From NCBI GenBank assembly GCA_016712475.1, contig JADJRA010000001.1:1733414-1797413 (forward strand): a stretch of DNA of 64,000 nucleotides, in the 5' to 3' direction. A program made the translations under genes and the position numbers. The DNA is from Deltaproteobacteria bacterium (GTDB lineage Bacteria; Myxococcota_A; Polyangia; Nannocystales; Nannocystaceae). The notes under the pieces were generated by a model. It ran no database searches. It was not told the origin of the DNA and saw only the letters and a program-made list of their open reading frames with translations. The stretch's first letter is position 1. Each line of letters opens with the position of its first letter. Below are positions 58,623-64,000 of the stretch, one piece after another.

Positions 58623-60617
58623 TCATCGCTCGCGCGTTCGCGACACACGACGCGTGGGGCCGGTGCCGCGGTCGCGTCGCCGTCGCACGACGGCGAGGAG
58701 CCACGGCAACCACATCGCGTGGGTAGCGTGGACAGCGTGGGGGCCGGGGCGTGACGGCGCGGCGCTGGCACACGCGCAGCCACCGGCGTCGACGTCGTCA
58801 CGTGCGCCCGGCGTGTTGCCGCCCTCGCCGTCGCCCGTGACGCTGCCGCCTTCGCCGTCGCCCGCGATGGTACCGTCGCCATCCACGGTGGTGGTGCCGT
58901 CGCTGCTGGAGGTCGGCTCGCCCTCACCTGCCGACGAGTCGCTGGCATCGTCCCCCGCCACCGTGACGACGAAGCTCTGCTGCACCGCGCCGACGTCGTT
59001 GTCGAGCTGCACGGTGAACGCGTAGCTGCCCGGGGCCGTGGGCGTCCAGGTCAATGCACCGCTGGCCGCGTCGATGCGCGCGCTGGCGGGCGCGTCGGCC
59101 AGCGACCACCACAGCGGCAGATCGCCGGCCCCGCTCGGTTGATACGCCAGCTCGATGTCGAGCTCGGCGCTGTCCGGCGGGGTGCCAGCGATGCTCGGGA
59201 GCACGAGCGCGTCGGGCTCGTCGACGACGATGCCCTCGCCCTCGACGAAGGCGTCCTCGAACTCGAACAACACCCCGTCGTCGGCATAGACGAACGGCCA
59301 GCGCGGCTCATACGGCACGTGTCGCGTGGCGGCCTGCGCTCGCCAGGTGGCGACGCGGTGGTAGGCCTCGCCATCCCATTGCGCGACGGTGGTGGTGCGT
59401 GCCGCATCGAAGCGCACCGGCACCCGGCAAGGCGCGTCGAGCTGCGGCGGGGTGGTGAGGATGTTCGCGCCGTACGCGGTCGCCTGCCGTGCCTCGCCTT
59501 GGTCGTCCCAGTCGACCACGTAGAAGAACGGTGCGCACAGCGGTGGCTCGTACTCGGCCAACAACGCCCACGCCAGCAGCAGTGAGCCCGAGCCGACGTC
59601 GGCGGGCGCGTAGTCCTCGTCGTAGAGGTCGCGCACCGCCGTGTAGACCGCCGTGCGCGTCGGCGTGAGCGACAACCAGCGACCGACCTGCGGGCGATAG
59701 CTGCCATCATTGGTGGGTCCGCCACCGATCGCGTTGCGAATGGTGCCGTCGTCGACATAGACCCGCTGCACGAAGGTTGCCGCGAGACCCTCGAGATCGG
59801 CGGCATCGAACACCACGCCGCGTCGCGCCGCCTGCACGGCGAAGTCGACGTTGATCGCCGCGTGCGACACGTCCTCGCCGTTGCCGGCGTAGGCGCCACC
59901 CCAGTAGTTCCACAGGTACGCGCCATCACCCGCGACCGTCATCATCGCGCGCAGGCGTGCGGCCAAGGCGGTGGCCTTGGCGGTCGCATCGGCGTCGCCG
60001 GTCAGCGCGCCGTACAGCAGCAGCGCGCGCCCGAGCGCGTTCGATTGATTGAGCGGCTGATCGCTGCCGGCGTAGTCGAGGAAGCTCGCGTCGGCTGCGA
60101 ACACGTAGTAGCCGGCCGGGTTCCACTCGAACTCGTGGAACGCGATCGATTCCTGCGCCGCCGCCAGATACGCCTCGGCCTTGGCACCGAAGCTCTCGCC
60201 GTCGTAGGCGAGCTCGTCGGCGTACGGCGAAGCCCGTACCGCCTCGACGAACTCGAGCATCGGGTGGATGAGCATGCCGGTGTGCACCGCATAGCAGTAC
60301 GCGCCGTCCTGGTAGCTCATGTTGCGCCAGCACGCCCCCGAGATGCCGCGATAGTCGCTGACGCCGCGCGCATCGTCGCGCTGCTCGAGCACACCATCGG
60401 CGTGCCAGGCGAGGCGATCGAGGTACATCGGATCGCCAGTCACGCGGTACATCGCGGCCAGCGAGGCCATCACGTACGACTCGCCCCACGCCAGCGTGGC
60501 GGTCTCGTTGTCGGCATCGCGGTACCAGTCACCGTCGGCGACGTTGTCGTAGGCGTCCTCGTAGGACCACCGGGCCGAGACCGCCAGCGGAAGAACGGCA
60601 AGCCACGCGAGCAACAT
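58623..60617 (-). CDS. Secreted protein (six-hairpin glycosidase-like N-domain) with MYXO-CTERM
   Basis: Signal peptide MLLAWLAVLPLAVSA. About 450-aa alpha-rich domain, then a beta domain. Tail GGCACASAAPSRPGPHAVHATHAMWLPWLLAVVRRRRDRG. Confidence 0.7.
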   Translation of the reverse strand: MLLAWLAVLPLAVSARWSYEDAYDNVADGDWYRDADNETATLAWGESYVMASLAAMYRVTGDPMYLDRLAWHADGVLEQRDDARGVSDYRGISGACWRNMSYQDGAYCYAVHTGMLIHPMLEFVEAVRASPYADELAYDGESFGAKAEAYLAAAQESIAFHEFEWNPAGYYVFAADASFLDYAGSDQPLNQSNALGRALLLYGALTGDADATAKATALAARLRAMMTVAGDGAYLWNYWGGAYAGNGEDVSHAAINVDFAVQAARRGVVFDAADLEGLAATFVQRVYVDDGTIRNAIGGGPTNDGSYRPQVGRWLSLTPTRTAVYTAVRDLYDEDYAPADVGSGSLLLAWALLAEYEPPLCAPFFYVVDWDDQGEARQATAYGANILTTPPQLDAPCRVPVRFDAARTTTVAQWDGEAYHRVATWRAQAATRHVPYEPRWPFVYADDGVLFEFEDAFVEGEGIVVDEPDALVLPSIAGTPPDSAELDIELAYQPSGAGDLPLWWSLADAPASARIDAASGALTWTPTAPGSYAFTVQLDNDVGAVQQSFVVTVAGDDASDSSAGEGEPTSSSDGTTTVDGDGTIAGDGEGGSVTGDGEGGNTPGARDDVDAGGCACASAAPSRPGPHAVHATHAMWLPWLLAVVRRRRDRGTGPTRRVSRTRER

Positions 60618-60700
60618 CGCAGCAACGGTAGCACGCAGGCGCGATGCGGCGTGCGGCCGCGCCTACGTCACACCGCGTAGGCGCGACCAGATCGCCCGCG

Positions 60701-63004
60701 TCACTCGCAGATCTGGGCCATGCCCATCGCAAACGTCGCCGTGGCGCCACCGCCGTCGATCATCACCTGACCGACGGACGACACCGTGACCGTGGCCTTG
60801 CCGGTCACATCGACGACGCCACCGTCGACCGACACGCACGTGGCGCTCTCGAGCATCAGGGCGGTCACGCCTTCGATGGTGGTCGACGGCGCCCGCAGAC
60901 GCGCGGTGCCGTCGAGCGTCAGCCGGCTGTCCATCACCTGCGCGCGCACCTGCGTGGAGCTGTTGAGCAGCGCGCCGGCATCGAGCTTCAGGCCGCTGGC
61001 GGCCGAGGTCAGCGTCGTGGTGGTGCCGAACATCGTCGCCTCGCCCGGCTGCAGCAGCAGCGAAGCGTCGGCGCCCATCAGCTGCAGCTTCGGCGTGTTC
61101 ACGACCACGCTGTCGGGCTTCATGACGATCGACGAGGCGCCGCACACGATCTTGATCTCGTCGCGCACGGTGATCGCATAGGTGCCCTGCACGGAGAGTT
61201 CGGCGCCGGGGATCCCCGGTGCCTGCACGTCGCCGCCCTTGCCTGCCCCGCCCTGGATCACCGTGCGCAAGCTGCCGGCGATCTCGAGCGACTCGTTGCC
61301 GCCCACGCTCCGCCCGCGATCGCCGTCGACGTGGATGGTCTCGTGGCGATCGATGGTGGTGCCGCGATCGCGACCGACCTTCTCGGTCTCGTCGACCCCG
61401 ACCGAGCGCGTGCTCGAGGCCAGCACCACCTCGTCGAGGTTGCGTTGCGCATGCAGGTAGATCTGCTCGTGACCGGCCGCGTCCTCGAACGACAGCTCGT
61501 TGAAGCCATCGGAGTCGGGCGTGCTACGGGTCTTGAGCACCGTGCGGGTCTTGTCGTCGGGCAGCGCGCGCGGGGGCTGGTTGCGACCGTTGTAGACACA
61601 GCCGGTGCACAGCGGCCGGTCGACGTCGCCGTCGATGAACGCGATGACCACCTCCATACCGATGCGCGGCAGGAACACGGTGCCGAAGCCCGGACCCGCC
61701 ATCGACTGCGCCACGCGCACCCAACAGCTCGGGGCCGAACCGTCGCCGCGATCCTTGGCGTGCTGGTCCCAGTGCATGCGCACGCGGATGCGACCGTGCT
61801 CGTCGACGTGGATCTCCTCGCCCTCGGGGCCGACCACGGTGGCCGTGTGCACGCCGCTGATGCGTGGCTTGTGGCCCCGCCGTCGTGGCCGGAACACCGC
61901 GGTCGCGGGCACGCACGAGAAGTGGTTCTCGTGGTGGGTCGCACCGCCATCGCGCTCGGGCTGGGTCATGCGGTGGTCGACACGGGTCACCAGCCAGCTC
62001 GCGTCCGACGCGGGGTTGGCCATGCCCCCGAGCTCGACGACCTGCCCGACCGCGAGCCCGACCACCGTGCTCGCGCCGTGGGCGTGGCGGCCGCGCAGGA
62101 TGTCGCGCTGCAGCTCGAGCTCTGCGCGCCACGGCGTGCGATCGGGCCCGACCGCGGGGTCGTCTTCGTCGACCGCTGCGAAGACGCCGTGCTCGAAGCT
62201 CTCGTAGGTCGGTGGATCGTGGTCGCCGATCTCCGCGTAGATGACGTCGTCGTCGCCCGCGCGCCAGCGTTGCTCGAGGTAGCGCACGCGCTGCGGGCGG
62301 GGCTCGGCGTGGTCGGCGAACGCATGCACCGTCTCGAGCTCGAGCATGCCGCCCTGCTGATCCGGCGCGCGCAGCTGCAGCGTGTCGGGCACGTCGGCGA
62401 AGGCGAAGGAGCGCCCCTCGTCGATCAGCTGCAGCACTTCGGCGCCGGCCGCCTGATCGTGGAAGAAGTGCGCCGTGATGCCCTCGTCCTCGAGCAGGCG
62501 GTGGATGAAGGCCAGGTCGCTCTCGCGGTACTGCACGCAGTAGTCGTGGACCGGGTGCTCGCCGAGCTTCGCGACGTCGATCTTGCGCTGCGTCCGCTCG
62601 AAGGTCGGCGCGACGATGGCCTGCACGATCTGCGGCACGCTCATGCCCTGGAAGATCCGCGATCGTCGGCCGACGTCGAGCAGCGCACAGGCGGGCCCGA
62701 CCGACAGCCCCAACACCAGGCCCTCGCGCGTGCTGCCCAGCACCGCCGCCTGGCGCACCACGCCGAACATCGTGCGGATGTCACTCTCGCGCCCGAGCGT
62801 CAGCTCGACATGGGCGCCCAACAGATCCTCGAGCTCGACGGTGTGATCGACCAGCAGCTCGAGCTCGATGGCGTAGGGCCGCGCGAGCTCCTCCGTGATC
62901 CGCACCCGCCGCACGGTGGTCGCAAACGTGCTGCTCTCGCCGGCGATCGTGCGCAGCTCGACGCGCCACTGCACGGGCTCATGGGTGACTCGGGGGTCGC
63001 TCAT
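60701..63004 (-). CDS. vgrG: Type VI secretion system spike protein VgrG
   Basis: GAGGA Shine-Dalgarno then ATG at 63004 (MSDPRVTHEPVQWRVEL...). gpD-like N-domain. gp5-like signature GFGTVFLPRIGMEVVIAFIDGDVDRPLCTGCVYNGRNQPP. C-terminal beta-helix repeats (ITVRDEIKIVCGASSIVMKPDSVVV). Confidence 0.85.
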   Translation of the reverse strand: MSDPRVTHEPVQWRVELRTIAGESSTFATTVRRVRITEELARPYAIELELLVDHTVELEDLLGAHVELTLGRESDIRTMFGVVRQAAVLGSTREGLVLGLSVGPACALLDVGRRSRIFQGMSVPQIVQAIVAPTFERTQRKIDVAKLGEHPVHDYCVQYRESDLAFIHRLLEDEGITAHFFHDQAAGAEVLQLIDEGRSFAFADVPDTLQLRAPDQQGGMLELETVHAFADHAEPRPQRVRYLEQRWRAGDDDVIYAEIGDHDPPTYESFEHGVFAAVDEDDPAVGPDRTPWRAELELQRDILRGRHAHGASTVVGLAVGQVVELGGMANPASDASWLVTRVDHRMTQPERDGGATHHENHFSCVPATAVFRPRRRGHKPRISGVHTATVVGPEGEEIHVDEHGRIRVRMHWDQHAKDRGDGSAPSCWVRVAQSMAGPGFGTVFLPRIGMEVVIAFIDGDVDRPLCTGCVYNGRNQPPRALPDDKTRTVLKTRSTPDSDGFNELSFEDAAGHEQIYLHAQRNLDEVVLASSTRSVGVDETEKVGRDRGTTIDRHETIHVDGDRGRSVGGNESLEIAGSLRTVIQGGAGKGGDVQAPGIPGAELSVQGTYAITVRDEIKIVCGASSIVMKPDSVVVNTPKLQLMGADASLLLQPGEATMFGTTTTLTSAASGLKLDAGALLNSSTQVRAQVMDSRLTLDGTARLRAPSTTIEGVTALMLESATCVSVDGGVVDVTGKATVTVSSVGQVMIDGGGATATFAMGMAQICE

Positions 63005-63311
63005 CGGTGGGATCCTCGATCGAAGGGCGGTGGGCGACCGGCCATGGCCGCCCCCCTCGCTGCTGCCCGTGCCGGACCTGGTCGCTCGCCGCGCCGAGGG
63101 CCGTGCAGGCGCCATGCTGCATCGCCGGGTCGTGCCCGCCAAGGGGGCGCGCGGCCGGGGGCTCGGCCGCAGCGTGGGTGCTCGGGCATGCCGGTGGCCG
63201 GTCGACCCGCGCGTGCCGGCGCTTGCACGCCGGCCAAAGACGTCACCCGGCGGGTCAGGCATGCGAGCGGGGCAGCCGGCGCGAACACAACCCATGCCCG
63301 CGTCGATGCAA

Positions 63312-64000
63312 TCACCCCGGGCACTGCTCGAGCCGAGCCGCGCGCGCGATCAGATAGTCGCGCTCCGGAACGCTGGTGGTGCACGCGGCCGCGGCCCGGT
63401 AGTGCACGAGCGCGGCCGCACGGTCGCCGGCCATCTCGAGCAGGTGCCCTCGCACGGCGTCGAGCCGATGGCCACCCGCGAGCCGCGGCTCGTCGGCGAG
63501 GGCGGCCAGCGCTGCCAGGCCCGCCGCCGGCCCGCGCACCATCGCGAGCGCGACCGCGCGATTGAGCCGGACCATCGGGTTGTCGCTCATCGCCTCCAGC
63601 GCTCCGTACAGCGCGAGGATCTGCGGCCAGTCGGTCTGCGCGGTCGAGGGCGCTTCGTCGTGCAGCGCCGCGATCGCAGCCTGGATCGCGTAGGGCCCGA
63701 ACCGCCGTCGCGACAGCGCCTCGGTGACCAACGCGATGCCCTCGGCAATCGCGGCGCGATCCCAACGGCTGCGATCCTGCTCGTCGAGGGCGACCAGCTC
63801 GCCGCGGGCCCCCGTCCGCGCATCCCGACGGGCATCGGTCAGCAGCATCAGCGCCAGCAGGCCCAGCAGCTCGCCGTGGGTCGGCCGCAGCGTCAGCAGC
63901 ATGCGCGCGAGCCGGATGGCCTCGCGCGCGAGGTCGACCCGCATCAGGTGCGCGCCACCGCTGGCGTAGCCCTCGTTGAAGACCAGGTAGAGCACGTGGA
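63312..64000 (-). CDS. COG4941-type ECF-like sigma factor, C-terminal (TPR-like/DUF6596) part only; 5' end beyond window
   Basis: YLVFNEGY...ELLGLLALMLL...QDRSRWD...GPYAIQAAIAALH...WPQILALY...LNRAVA blocks, characteristic of the conserved C-terminal domain of these sigma factors. The ORF runs off the window edge. Confidence 0.7.
   Translation of the reverse strand, partial: HVLYLVFNEGYASGGAHLMRVDLAREAIRLARMLLTLRPTHGELLGLLALMLLTDARRDARTGARGELVALDEQDRSRWDRAAIAEGIALVTEALSRRRFGPYAIQAAIAALHDEAPSTAQTDWPQILALYGALEAMSDNPMVRLNRAVALAMVRGPAAGLAALAALADEPRLAGGHRLDAVRGHLLEMAGDRAAALVHYRAAAACTTSVPERDYLIARAARLEQCPG

Overview
High-GC (~70%) window that looks like a myxobacterial (Myxococcota) chromosome segment. 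The evidence is six proteins ending in the MYXO-CTERM sorting signal (GCGC/GCAC - hydrophobic helix - Arg-rich tail), Cys-rich 'DxDxDG' repeat lipoproteins, a Pkn-type Ser/Thr kinase, and four ECF-type sigma factors in 64 kb (one partial). About 60 coding regions can be supported; many of the long six-frame ORFs are antisense or GC artefacts and were discarded.

Landmarks, 5'->3':
- 7-7.5 kb: MYXO-CTERM Cys-rich repeat protein, TPR lipoprotein, STK-TPR kinase, and a DTW-domain (tRNA acp3U-type) protein with an extra C-terminal domain.
- 7.5-16.7 kb: bestrophin-like channel, a secreted protein - ECF sigma - anti-sigma module, thrombospondin-type-3 repeat lipoprotein, OPT oligopeptide transporter.
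- 16.9-21.2 kb: DUF2330 MYXO-CTERM protein and two lipoprotein genes; one is frameshifted and the other is flanked by ~65-bp direct repeats.
- 21.2-27.9 kb (minus strand): ECF sigma/anti-sigma pair, MsrB, SAM methyltransferase, a 56-aa Cys-rich metallothionein-like peptide, and a CorE-like ECF sigma with a Cys-rich C-terminus. Then a MOP-like membrane protein, a second DTW protein, and a lipoprotein with 24-bp tandem repeats.
- 28.3-32.3 kb: two-component cluster of a PAS histidine kinase, a receiver, and a hybrid histidine kinase.
- 32.4-34.6 kb: radical SAM/SPASM enzyme translationally coupled to a zinc-ribbon/TM/Cys-rich protein. It is preceded by a 25-codon ORF with a Shine-Dalgarno site in an unusually AT-rich (~50% GC) stretch. 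This is the best candidate for an undescribed RiPP-like or protein-modifying system.
- 34.9-38.4 kb: a perfect 32-bp palindrome, a hydrolase-like lipoprotein, then a ~440-bp poly-G tract (almost certainly an assembly artefact) that truncates an EndoG/NucA-like nuclease gene.
- 39.2-41.2 kb: a MYXO-CTERM DNRLRE/metal-binding-motif protein and a small membrane protein.
- 41.4-54.2 kb (minus strand): NDP-heptose (GmhA, kinase, GmhB, nucleotidyltransferase) genes with two SDR epimerases/dehydratases, TPP-dependent E1 alpha/beta, two DegT aminotransferases, an unknown 405-aa protein and a second rSAM/SPASM enzyme. This is predicted to make a modified (amino/branched) heptose.
- 54.3-60.6 kb: three consecutive MYXO-CTERM proteins (penta-heme cytochrome c, FG-GAP/ASPIC protein, secreted hydrolase-like protein).
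- 60.7-64 kb: an orphan T6SS VgrG and a partial COG4941-type sigma factor.
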